This document shows positions 8,959-17,784 of a stretch of DNA of 53,195 nucleotides, piece after piece; position 1 is the stretch's first letter, and each line of letters starts with the position of its first letter. The translations under genes were made by a program, and so were the position numbers. Below the pieces are notes generated by a model. It was given only the letters and a program-made list of their open reading frames with translations, was not told the origin of the DNA and searched no databases. The stretch spans positions 1 through 53,195 of the forward strand of contig JAYSVR010000216.1 in the NCBI GenBank assembly GCA_043718445.1, given 5' to 3'. Source of the DNA: Acidobacteriota bacterium. GTDB lineage: Bacteria > Acidobacteriota > Blastocatellia > RBC074.

Positions 8959-10017
8959 TTAAGCCAATGCGTTCTTGCAAAACTCGACGCACTTGGCGAC
9001 TTCTTTGACCGCGTCGGAACCTTCCGGCACGGGATATTCCAACTCGATGCTTGCCGGGAAGGTGTATTTCTCTTTCTTCATCATCTGCAAAATTTCCTTG
9101 ATTTGCGTATCGCCCTGCCCCCACGGCATGTTCGGCCCCTGATTGGTCTTGCGATCTTTCAGGTGCAGGTTCGTGATGCGGTTGTGATATTTCTTGATGA
9201 ACTCAGCCGGAGAGAATCCATTGCCCGCCGTGAAATGGCCTACGTCAATGTTGCAGCCGTTGTATGCCGAATGCGCCATCGCCGTTTCCCAGCTAGAAGG
9301 TTTCGCAAACGCTTCATCGCTCGTCATATTCGAATGCCCGTGGTAGCCCAACATGATTTTGTGTTTCGCGGCGAATTCGCCCAGCCGTTTGGTCTGGCTC
9401 AACGGCGGTTCGCAAGTGATGCCTTTGCAGCCCATCGCTCTGGCGACGTTAAAACAATAATCAATTTCTTCGTCAGGCATGTTGGCATTCAAGTTGAACT
9501 TCACGATGTGAATCATCACGCCCGCGTCTTTGTACTGTTTCGCCAGTGCCTGGTATTTTTCCATCGGCACCGACAACCGCCACTTGCGCATGTCTTCAAC
9601 GCGCTTTTGCATCGCGGCTTGCTGCTCAGGCGACATCGGCGGTCTTCCACCAACACTTGGGGCACCAGCAGGCGGCGGCATTCCTCCACTTGGGGCACCG
9701 GGGCCACCAGCAGGCGGCATTCCTCCGGGCGGACGACCGGGCGGCGGGCCACCTGGGCCGCGACCTTGCGCAGGCGCTCCGGCATAAGCCTCGACCGGCT
9801 CTGATTGCATCTCGACGCTATTGACGCCGAGTTGCAAAAGGTATTTCAGCAAATCATCGGCGCTCGAAGGCATACTGCGAAAGCTATACGGCGCAATGAC
9901 ACCGATTTGTACGCCGCCGAATTTCGAATTGGGTTTCGCTTGCGGCAGCGTAACCAATCCGCTGGCAGGCAGCGCGGTTAGTGCGAGTTTGTTAAATTCT
10001 CTGCGAGTGAAGTTCAT
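8959..10017 (-). CDS. Tat-exported sugar phosphate isomerase/epimerase family TIM-barrel protein with a Pro/Gly-rich insert
   Basis: TRREF Tat motif; YHGH, DVGHF, HLKDR and IELEY motifs. Confidence 0.85.
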   Translation of the reverse strand: MNFTRREFNKLALTALPASGLVTLPQAKPNSKFGGVQIGVIAPYSFRSMPSSADDLLKYLLQLGVNSVEMQSEPVEAYAGAPAQGRGPGGPPPGRPPGGMPPAGGPGAPSGGMPPPAGAPSVGGRPPMSPEQQAAMQKRVEDMRKWRLSVPMEKYQALAKQYKDAGVMIHIVKFNLNANMPDEEIDYCFNVARAMGCKGITCEPPLSQTKRLGEFAAKHKIMLGYHGHSNMTSDEAFAKPSSWETAMAHSAYNGCNIDVGHFTAGNGFSPAEFIKKYHNRITNLHLKDRKTNQGPNMPWGQGDTQIKEILQMMKKEKYTFPASIELEYPVPEGSDAVKEVAKCVEFCKNALA

Positions 10018-10028
10018 AAAAATCCTCT

Positions 10029-11720
10029 CTATTTATTGGTACTCAAATTGTTATTTGCGCCAGATGTCTTACCTGCCAGCGTCAGCGCATAAAGCGTATC
10101 GCCTGTGCCGACAATCAAGTATTGCTTGCCGTCCAGCATCCACGTCGAAGGCCCGTTGCTCACTCCGCTCGTCAATCGTTGATGCCAAATCGGATTGCCT
10201 TTCGCCGGATCGAACGCGACCAGTTCGCCCGAATCGCCTACGAACAGCAGATTGCCTGCGGTCGTCAAGACGCCGCCGCTCATCCCACCACCACCGCCGC
10301 CGGGGCCGCCGCTTGTTGGGTGTACGTGCTTCCATTTCACCGCGCCCGTACGCACGTCCATCGCAAACAGCGCCGAACTCGTATCGAAGTTGCCGCCGCT
10401 GCCTCCGCCGTAACCCTGCGGTTTCGGCGACGTGTCGTAAAGATAAGCCAAGCCGTAAGCTTGCGTACCGAAGAAATAAAACAATTCGGTCAACGGGCTG
10501 TAACTCGGCGCTTGCCAATTGGTCGCGCCCATCGCAGGCATATCAATCATCGTACCGTCAACCGTTGGTTCCTTTGCCGGATTCGGAATCGGTTGTCCTT
10601 TCGCGTCCAAGCCCATTGCCCAATTGCCGGTGCCGGTGAATGGCTTCGAGACGAGGTTCTTGCCCGTGACACGATCAAGCACGAAAAACCATCCGGCACG
10701 CGCAGCCTGCGCCAACAGCTTGCGCGGCTGTCCGTTGATGGTGGCGTCAAACAAGACGGGAGTTTCTACGTTATCCCAATCGTGCGTATCGTGCGGCGAA
10801 GCCTGAAAATACCAGACCAGTTTGCCCGTGTCGGGATTGAGCGCCACGATGCACGCCGTCCATAAATTCGCGCCTTTGCGGCTTTGTCCGGCAAACACAG
10901 GGTTCGCGTTGCCCGTGCCCCAATAGATCAAATTCAAATCAGGATCGTAAGTGCCGGGCATCCACGTCATGCCGCCGCCGTGATGCATTGAGTCCAAATC
11001 AGGCCACGTTTCTGAACCCGGGTCGCCCATCTTTTCAGGTGTCGTATACCAACGCCATTGCAACTCGCCGGTCTCAGGGTCGCGCGCTTCGAGATAGCCG
11101 CGCACGTCCATCGCGTCGCCGCCTACGCCAATGATGACGTGGTTCTTGACGATCAGCGGAGCCATCGTCGTGAAGTATTGCTGTTTCTCATCGGCAATCT
11201 TTTTGCGCCAGCGTTCTTTGCCGTCTTTCGCGTTGAGCGAAATAAACCAGCCGTCGGGGCTTTCAAAATAGAGCCAGTCTTTATACATACCTACGCCGCG
11301 TTGACCGACAAGATGGCCGCCTTCATCTTTGAATTCGTATTGCCAAAGATGTTCGCCCGTACGCGCGTTGACGGCGAAAATGTAATCAGGAATCGTGAAA
11401 TACAAAATGCCGTTGTGTAACAGCGGCGTAGATTTGATGGTCGGATCACCTACGCCACGTTGCGGGCCGACGCCTTTGATGCGGTACATCCACTCGATTT
11501 TGAGCAGGTCAATGTTGCTCGCGTTGATCTGTTTGAGTTCACTGAAACGCCGTCCCGAATAGTCGCCGTTGTAAGTCGGCCACGTTTCGGGCAGCGGCTG
11601 AAAGAGTTTGATCGTGTTAGGGTCAAGCCCCTGCGCGTAGCCCAGTACGTTGAACGTTGTCGCAATGAATGAGAGCGTCAGAATAAGTCGAAGCGTTTTC
11701 ATTTCCCAATGTCTTGTCAT
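10029..11720 (-). CDS. PQQ-dehydrogenase-like quinoprotein (acido-empty-quinoprotein group A-like)
   Basis: WPTYNGDYSGRRFS.L.QIN, W..GTYDP.LNLIYWGTGN, WYFQ.SPHDTHDWD and GATNW..PSY motifs; no vicinal Cys-Cys. Alternative start at 11702. Confidence 0.85.
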   Translation of the reverse strand: MTRHWEMKTLRLILTLSFIATTFNVLGYAQGLDPNTIKLFQPLPETWPTYNGDYSGRRFSELKQINASNIDLLKIEWMYRIKGVGPQRGVGDPTIKSTPLLHNGILYFTIPDYIFAVNARTGEHLWQYEFKDEGGHLVGQRGVGMYKDWLYFESPDGWFISLNAKDGKERWRKKIADEKQQYFTTMAPLIVKNHVIIGVGGDAMDVRGYLEARDPETGELQWRWYTTPEKMGDPGSETWPDLDSMHHGGGMTWMPGTYDPDLNLIYWGTGNANPVFAGQSRKGANLWTACIVALNPDTGKLVWYFQASPHDTHDWDNVETPVLFDATINGQPRKLLAQAARAGWFFVLDRVTGKNLVSKPFTGTGNWAMGLDAKGQPIPNPAKEPTVDGTMIDMPAMGATNWQAPSYSPLTELFYFFGTQAYGLAYLYDTSPKPQGYGGGSGGNFDTSSALFAMDVRTGAVKWKHVHPTSGGPGGGGGGMSGGVLTTAGNLLFVGDSGELVAFDPAKGNPIWHQRLTSGVSNGPSTWMLDGKQYLIVGTGDTLYALTLAGKTSGANNNLSTNK

Positions 11721-12544
11721 TTCAAAGTCACCAAGTATGCAGTCATGTTGTTGATGTCAGCGTCGCTATATTTGGGCAACAACGCGCGATGCCCAGTCAG
11801 TTTGTCTTCGATTTCAATCTTGACCGCATGACGCTGGAAGTAATGGTAATTGCCCTGCGCATCAGTCAGCGAAAGTTCAAAATCGTTGTTGGTCTTGACA
11901 CGGCCTTCGATAACTTTGCCATCGGCGGTCGTGACTTTCGCTTTGGCCGGGCCGGGCGTCGTCGGCCACAAGAAACGATTTTTCAACGTTGCAATTTGCG
12001 GAAACTTCATCGCCATTTTGGCTAAGTCGCCTGTGACTGAATGACAGCTTGTGCAATTGGTCGCAAAGAATGCTTCGCCTTTTTTGGCATCGCCCGTCAC
12101 TTGATTGCGCAAGTTGCCATACGTCGAACCATAAGTGCCGCGATTGGCCGCGAGTTCGATTTGCAACTGCAAAAATTGTGCAACGTTAAAGACCTCATCC
12201 TGCGACAGCTTCGGAAACGGCGGCATGCCTGGGCGGCCTTCTTTGAGTACGGCGACGAGTTTTTCACCTTTGTAATCAGCTACCACCATCGGCATGCGCG
12301 TCAGGCCCGGAGCCTGTGCGCCGCGCGCGTCTTTGCCGTGGCAGCCTGAACAGTTTTGCGCATAAATCGGCTCGCCTTTTTTGGCGGCTTCGGGATTGGG
12401 CGCGGGGCCGAGTCCGAGAAACTCGCGGATGTTGCGGCGACCTCCGCCGCTCGGTTCCTGTGCGGTTGGGTTGTTGGTGTAACTCAGCAGCAATCCAAGC
12501 AGCGCGAAGGTTATACAAATACGAATTTTGTTTTGGTATGACAT
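11717..12544 (-). CDS. Diheme c-type cytochrome, partner of the quinoprotein
   Basis: Signal peptide; CSGCH and CTSCH; GMPPF axial Met region; stop overlaps the quinoprotein start. Confidence 0.88.
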   Translation of the reverse strand: MSYQNKIRICITFALLGLLLSYTNNPTAQEPSGGGRRNIREFLGLGPAPNPEAAKKGEPIYAQNCSGCHGKDARGAQAPGLTRMPMVVADYKGEKLVAVLKEGRPGMPPFPKLSQDEVFNVAQFLQLQIELAANRGTYGSTYGNLRNQVTGDAKKGEAFFATNCTSCHSVTGDLAKMAMKFPQIATLKNRFLWPTTPGPAKAKVTTADGKVIEGRVKTNNDFELSLTDAQGNYHYFQRHAVKIEIEDKLTGHRALLPKYSDADINNMTAYLVTLK

Positions 12545-12554
12545 TTTGATTTTC

Positions 12555-12581
12555 AGGCGGTACGTATAGCCCTTACCGCCT
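12555..12581. other. Short intergenic stem-loop
   Basis: aggcggta / taccgcct arms; no clear U-tract. Confidence 0.4.
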
Positions 12582-12589
12582 CATACAGT

Positions 12590-14212
12590 TCAATGCTCTA
12601 TCGAATGACCAAACGCATAAATCGTCCCGTCATACGTCGTCAGATAAAGTTGCCCCGCGCCACCCGACAACGCATTACCGCGCGCGAACGAAGTGATTGT
12701 CGTACCGCTTGACCAAACCTCTTTGCCCGTCGCGCCATCAAGCGCATACAACACCGCGCGACCTGAACGTGCTGCTGTGACCTTGCTGTCCTGGGTTTTG
12801 AATTCGCCGCTTGAAGTGGCAAAGACGACGCCATTGATCACCGTCGGCGTAAGCGGCGCGACCAGATTGCGCGAAGCCCAACCGGCGATGAGCTTGCCGT
12901 CTTCGCCAATTTTATAAGCGAGAATTGCGCCTTGCGTGGCCGCGCCGCTAAAGCCTGCTGGCAACGCACCCGTATGCGCCACGAGAATCCAGCGCGTGCC
13001 ACCGGCATCCACATAAGAAGCCAATGAACCCGGCGCAGCGCCTTTCACCGTCGCGGGCGAGACGCTCAACGCCGTCGTCAGATTCGCCGCGTCTAACAGA
13101 TGAATCGCGCCATCAATCGCGGCAGCGGCAATCAACGTTTTGCCCTGGTGATGAAACACAACCGGCGTAGAAGCAAAAATGCGGCTGGCCTGATAAACGC
13201 TTTTGGTCTGCAAAGTCTTCGCATCAATCGCAACGATAGACATCGCCCGAGACATCACCCCCGCTTCATTGGTGGCGACATAAATCGTACCGTCAGGGCC
13301 GAAAGCCGCCCCGGCTGAACCAGCCACATTGCCCTGCCACGTCGAAACTATTTGCGTATTGAAATCTAGCGACCACACGCCGTTCGGCACTGCGCCGCAA
13401 CCATTCGTCGTCACGGCATAAGCCATGCCGTCAACGATAATCAGCCCGTGGGCATTGGCTCCTGCCGGCAGAAAGCGAACGGGTGGATGAAAGTCAGCGC
13501 CATTTGATAAATGCATCGCGTGCATCAGGCCGTCGCTCGCCAGCGCATAAATCACATTCGCGCCACCGCCGAAAACCCCGCCCATCGGTGGCGTCTTCGG
13601 CCCTGGCTTCTCACTCGCCGGTGCGCTGGGCGGCGGAGAAAACCCCGGCCCGCGCACTTCGCTCAACGTCGTCGCGCCCGCACCCGGTTCACCGACCGTA
13701 CTCACGGCGGGCGTGCTGCGACCGCCGCCGAATCCGCCGCCGCGCGGAGCAGAAATCGCAGACACAGTGGGACGCACGACGCTCGTCGTCATGCCGCCCG
13801 GACAAGCCAACGTCGCAGGCGCAACCGCAGGCCCAGTAGGCGCACCAGCCTTTAATTTCCTTTCCCACTCCATCCGTCCCAAGTCAGTGTCAATCGTGAA
13901 AAGGTTGTCGCCGCTGCCCGCCACAAAGCCGAGCATGCGAAAGCCGCGATAACCAATCAGCAATTCCAGCGTCGCGGGCGAACTCAGATTGTTCAGTTGG
14001 TTGGGTTGGTTTTTGAGTTTCAGCTTCCACAAAAATTTGAGGTTGCCGGGTTGTGCGACGAAATCTTTATTGATGACCGGGTCAGTCCTGACCGTTGCCG
14101 TACGCTGTGCGTCGGCGTTCTCGGTCATCCAGTCATTGGTGCTGCGAAATTGCGCTGAAGCCGACATCACGCATACGCCACAACAAAGTATTGCCGCCAA
14201 TATGGTTTTCAT
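12590..14212 (-). CDS. PQQ-binding-like beta-propeller protein (paralog 2)
   Basis: True start MKTILAA at 14212 (TAATG overlap, GGAGG RBS); signal peptide; LYALDGATGKEVWSSG propeller motif. Confidence 0.8.
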   Translation of the reverse strand: MKTILAAILCCGVCVMSASAQFRSTNDWMTENADAQRTATVRTDPVINKDFVAQPGNLKFLWKLKLKNQPNQLNNLSSPATLELLIGYRGFRMLGFVAGSGDNLFTIDTDLGRMEWERKLKAGAPTGPAVAPATLACPGGMTTSVVRPTVSAISAPRGGGFGGGRSTPAVSTVGEPGAGATTLSEVRGPGFSPPPSAPASEKPGPKTPPMGGVFGGGANVIYALASDGLMHAMHLSNGADFHPPVRFLPAGANAHGLIIVDGMAYAVTTNGCGAVPNGVWSLDFNTQIVSTWQGNVAGSAGAAFGPDGTIYVATNEAGVMSRAMSIVAIDAKTLQTKSVYQASRIFASTPVVFHHQGKTLIAAAAIDGAIHLLDAANLTTALSVSPATVKGAAPGSLASYVDAGGTRWILVAHTGALPAGFSGAATQGAILAYKIGEDGKLIAGWASRNLVAPLTPTVINGVVFATSSGEFKTQDSKVTAARSGRAVLYALDGATGKEVWSSGTTITSFARGNALSGGAGQLYLTTYDGTIYAFGHSIEH

Positions 14213-15861
14213 TATTTGCCTCCTTTGGTCGCCGCCGTTTGCCCCGATGAAGAAGACGAAGAAGATGAATTCATCAGTCCGAAACAATACTGATAGCCGT
14301 CGAACGTGCTGAGATAGACGCGGCCATTGGCGATAGAGAGCCCGCTCCAATGATTCCACGAAGCAATCGCGTCGCCGCTGTTCCAAAGCTCCTTACCGGT
14401 TTGCGCGTCAAGCGCATAAAGCACCGCGCGCGTCGAATGCTTAATGCGTTGCTCGGCGCTGTTATATTCGAGGCCGATGTCATAAGCCGCCTGATCGGTG
14501 TCTTCGCCGCTGCCATAAGCAAACACGACGCCGTTCGCAATCACCGGCGGTTCGGCGCGATCCATGTCGCGCGAAATCCATGCAGGAACCAGCGTCGGCT
14601 TGCCTGCTTTCTCAGTCACTTTGAAAGCCACGACCGCGCCTTTTTTCACTACGCCGTTTTCTAGCGGCGCGACAAACTTGGAATGCTTAGGCCCCCAAAA
14701 AGGCGACAACACCCAGCGCGTACCGCGTGCGTCTTCCCACGTCGCCAGCGAACCCCACACGCCCGCCGAAGCGAAATTCACTTCTTCGTTGCAATACAAA
14801 GGCGTGCGGTGCAACGGCGTGCGATGGTCGTCGCCGCCAATCGAATCGGTGTCCATCAAATACATCACGCATTCCTTGCCCGCATCCACCATCAACTCTT
14901 TGCCTTTATATTTGAAGATCGCGCAACTCACCTGCATATCAAGATCGCGCTTCCACAACCACGCGGCATTCGACGGGCCGTAATAATCAACCAGCTTCGC
15001 GGCTTTCGTGACGGGGTCAGGTGCGACGCCGATGATGCCGTTGCCATAAACGCCGTTTTCAGGGTTCCACGGGCCATCGCCCGTGCCGGTATACATCACG
15101 CCTTTGGAATCAATCGCGCCGCCGGTGCGTCCCCACATGCCGCCGCCTGCCGGGCCCCAAGCACCTACCTTATCAGTCGCCAAATCGTAAAGATAAACCA
15201 TGTTCGGATTACCGCCGCAGCCCTGCGCCGTATGCACATAAATCACGTTGTTGAATAAATTCAGCGCGTAAGGCTTGCCGTTGGGCGGCATGAATTTCGC
15301 GGGCGGCGCAATCTCTTTGCCGGTGGCGAGGTCAACGCGGCGCAAGCGTCCGTCCCACGAAGCGGCATAAACAACGTATTCGCCCTCGGCCTTGCGGCTG
15401 ATGATCGGCGTCGCCGTGATGCCGCCCGGACACAAAATGTAACTGCCGCCGCTCGGCTTCCAGTTGCTATCGAAATGCAACTTCCACAGTTGCGCGCCCG
15501 TCTCGACATCGAGCGCATAAAGGTTGTCGCTCACGCCCGTCACCAGCACGATCTGTTTCAATCCGCTGGCCGTTTTCACCTTCGGCGCAATCAACACCGG
15601 CAACAGGTTGTGCATCTGGCGCGCTTCGTTGTCGAGCTTGGTTTTCCAGAGCAACTTCATGTTTTTGACACTGCCAGGCGAAAGCAGCGTTTCATGTTTT
15701 TGCCAGCCGGTGCGCTCTACGTCACCGCCATCCATCAGCCATTCAGCCAGCCTTTCACGAGGCTTTCCGCCTTGCGCTTGCGGTGGCGATGTCAATTGAA
15801 TGAAAGAGACCAGCATTGCCAGCATGCCAGTCATCATCGTAAGCAAGATTCGTCTTCTCAT
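14212..15861 (-). CDS. PQQ-binding-like beta-propeller protein (paralog 1)
   Basis: ATG 15861 with GGAG RBS; signal peptide; [13 protein letters not shown] and [13 protein letters not shown] motifs; GGGMWG and TGDG. Confidence 0.82.
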   Translation of the reverse strand: MRRRILLTMMTGMLAMLVSFIQLTSPPQAQGGKPRERLAEWLMDGGDVERTGWQKHETLLSPGSVKNMKLLWKTKLDNEARQMHNLLPVLIAPKVKTASGLKQIVLVTGVSDNLYALDVETGAQLWKLHFDSNWKPSGGSYILCPGGITATPIISRKAEGEYVVYAASWDGRLRRVDLATGKEIAPPAKFMPPNGKPYALNLFNNVIYVHTAQGCGGNPNMVYLYDLATDKVGAWGPAGGGMWGRTGGAIDSKGVMYTGTGDGPWNPENGVYGNGIIGVAPDPVTKAAKLVDYYGPSNAAWLWKRDLDMQVSCAIFKYKGKELMVDAGKECVMYLMDTDSIGGDDHRTPLHRTPLYCNEEVNFASAGVWGSLATWEDARGTRWVLSPFWGPKHSKFVAPLENGVVKKGAVVAFKVTEKAGKPTLVPAWISRDMDRAEPPVIANGVVFAYGSGEDTDQAAYDIGLEYNSAEQRIKHSTRAVLYALDAQTGKELWNSGDAIASWNHWSGLSIANGRVYLSTFDGYQYCFGLMNSSSSSSSSGQTAATKGGK

Positions 15862-15930
15862 ACGAAAGCTCCGGTTTAGTTTTTGGTTCAACTTGCGGGT
15901 AGGTGTTACGCGCTTGCTTTGAAAGAGGGC

Positions 15931-15962
15931 TTTAGCGGGCTTGCGGTAACAAGCCCGCTAAA
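15931..15962. other. Perfect 13-bp intergenic stem-loop
   Basis: tttagcgggcttg-cggtaa-caagcccgctaaa. No U-tract on the coding (minus) strand, so more likely an mRNA stability/processing element. Confidence 0.6.
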
Positions 15963-15994
15963 TTCAGGCGCACTTGAGTAGTGGTGAAAACGAA

Positions 15995-17713
15995 TTAGGC
16001 CGCCGTGATTGAACGGCGCGCTTCGCCATCGGGATCGTTTTTCACGACACATTGATTGTCGAACATCATCGTCGCGCCTTTGTTCGCCGTGAACGCAGGC
16101 CACTTGGGTAAGCCCGCGTGATTCGGGTCGCCCTTGCGCGCAAAGGCAATCCAGGCTTCGCTCATCTTCGCGGCGAGCGCGCGTGCTTCGGCTCCACCGC
16201 CGGTCATGTTTACGCAACGATCAATGTTGTCGAAACAGAACGCCAATTCAGAACAATGAAACGCACGCGGACGCCCGTCCAGCACCGGCGTTTGCCACGT
16301 GAACTGATAAAGGTAAGCGGGCGCTGCGCCTTGTGCAGCTTTCAGTCCCGCTTGCACCACTGCGTTGTGTTGCGTAGGAACCGTGCCAATCAACGAGAAC
16401 AGATCGAATGGTTTCGCCGTCGGATTGGCTTTGCGATAAGCAGCAACGATTGATTCGGCGCGTTCGCCGTAACCTTCTTTGACGCGCGCCAGCAACTCGG
16501 CTTCGGTCAGCGCATTGACGTTGGGGTTGTTGATGCCCGACGTGAATTCGTTGAGCGTCGAACCGATCAACATCGGCACGTTCGCCGAAATCGCAGGCGC
16601 AGCCGGATCGAATGGATGTTGCGGCAAAATCTTTCCATCCACCGTCGGTCCCCAACCAGCGCGATCAGTGCGACGTTGAAAGACGCGCAAGCCGCCACCA
16701 CCCGCTCCACTGACTTTGCGCATCGCCGCCGCGCCCGCCGCAATGATCGCTTGCACGGGCAGCTTATGCAGTTGATCGAGATGGTTAGCGTTCAATTTCA
16801 ACTCATCCATAAAAGCCGCCGCTACTTTCAACGAAGTCTCAGGTTGAACCATGCGCAAGCCCGAACCGCTTTGCACGATGGCTTTGTGAAACAGCCCTTT
16901 CGCGGCAGGCATCGCCATCAACGAACTGACTTTTCCGCCACCGCCCGATTGCCCGAAGATCGTCACGTTCGACGCATCGCCGCCAAAATTCGCTACGTTG
17001 TCGCGCACCCATTCGAGCGCCGCAACTAAATCAAGATTGCCCACGTTCGACGACGCGGCGTATTTCGCTCCGCCGACTTCGGCGAGATTCAGATAGCCCA
17101 ACACGCCGAGCCGATGATTGAGCGATACGACGACGACATCGCCGCGACGGCTCAGATTCTCGCCGTCATACGAACCAAGCTCCTGCCCCGAACCCGACTG
17201 AAAGCCTCCACCATGCAACCACACCATCACGGGACGTTTCTTGTTGTCGTTTATCGCGGGCGTCCAAACATTGACGCGCAAACAGTCTTCGCCTGCGATG
17301 CCATCGTCCCAACTAAACAGCCACGCTTCTTCGTCATTGGCCCAACCGGTGCGCGCGACTTGCGGACTCACCTGCCCGTATTGCATCGAACTGCGCACGC
17401 CCGCCCACGGCTTGGCCTTTTGCGGCGGCATAAAACGCGCTTCGCCACCGATGGGCGCAGCGTAAGGCATGCCTTTGTAAGTGAAAATTCCATTGCGCAC
17501 GTAACCCATCACTTTGCCTGCGGTCGTTTCGACTACGGCCTTGCCACCGCCTGCGGCAATCGTAGTGGGCGTGCAGCCATTCGTTGATACTGCTTTTGTT
17601 TTCGTTTCGGCAAATACGCCGACGGGAACTAATGCGCTACCTGCCAGGCCACTTCCTGCCAGAGATGCTGCGCCTTGCAATAAAGTTCTTCTTCCGAGTC
17701 TTTTGGTCATCAC
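15995..17713 (-). CDS. Tat-exported type B carboxylesterase/lipase
   Basis: GRRTLL Tat motif; EDCLRVNVWTP, HGGGF, GQSGG nucleophile, and AFHCSEL. Confidence 0.92.
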   Translation of the reverse strand: MMTKRLGRRTLLQGAASLAGSGLAGSALVPVGVFAETKTKAVSTNGCTPTTIAAGGGKAVVETTAGKVMGYVRNGIFTYKGMPYAAPIGGEARFMPPQKAKPWAGVRSSMQYGQVSPQVARTGWANDEEAWLFSWDDGIAGEDCLRVNVWTPAINDNKKRPVMVWLHGGGFQSGSGQELGSYDGENLSRRGDVVVVSLNHRLGVLGYLNLAEVGGAKYAASSNVGNLDLVAALEWVRDNVANFGGDASNVTIFGQSGGGGKVSSLMAMPAAKGLFHKAIVQSGSGLRMVQPETSLKVAAAFMDELKLNANHLDQLHKLPVQAIIAAGAAAMRKVSGAGGGGLRVFQRRTDRAGWGPTVDGKILPQHPFDPAAPAISANVPMLIGSTLNEFTSGINNPNVNALTEAELLARVKEGYGERAESIVAAYRKANPTAKPFDLFSLIGTVPTQHNAVVQAGLKAAQGAAPAYLYQFTWQTPVLDGRPRAFHCSELAFCFDNIDRCVNMTGGGAEARALAAKMSEAWIAFARKGDPNHAGLPKWPAFTANKGATMMFDNQCVVKNDPDGEARRSITAA

Positions 17714-17726
17714 TACCTCACATTGG

Positions 17727-17763
17727 AAAAAAGGCCGGACTCTTCGTGAAAAGAATCCGGCCT
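17727..17763 (-). terminator. Intrinsic terminator-like hairpin after TonB-dependent receptor 1
   Basis: aggccggactctt / aagaatccggcct stem; the adjacent A6 run reads as a U-tract on the minus strand. Confidence 0.65.
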
Positions 17764-17784
17764 GTTGTTTCAGTCAGCCGTCGC

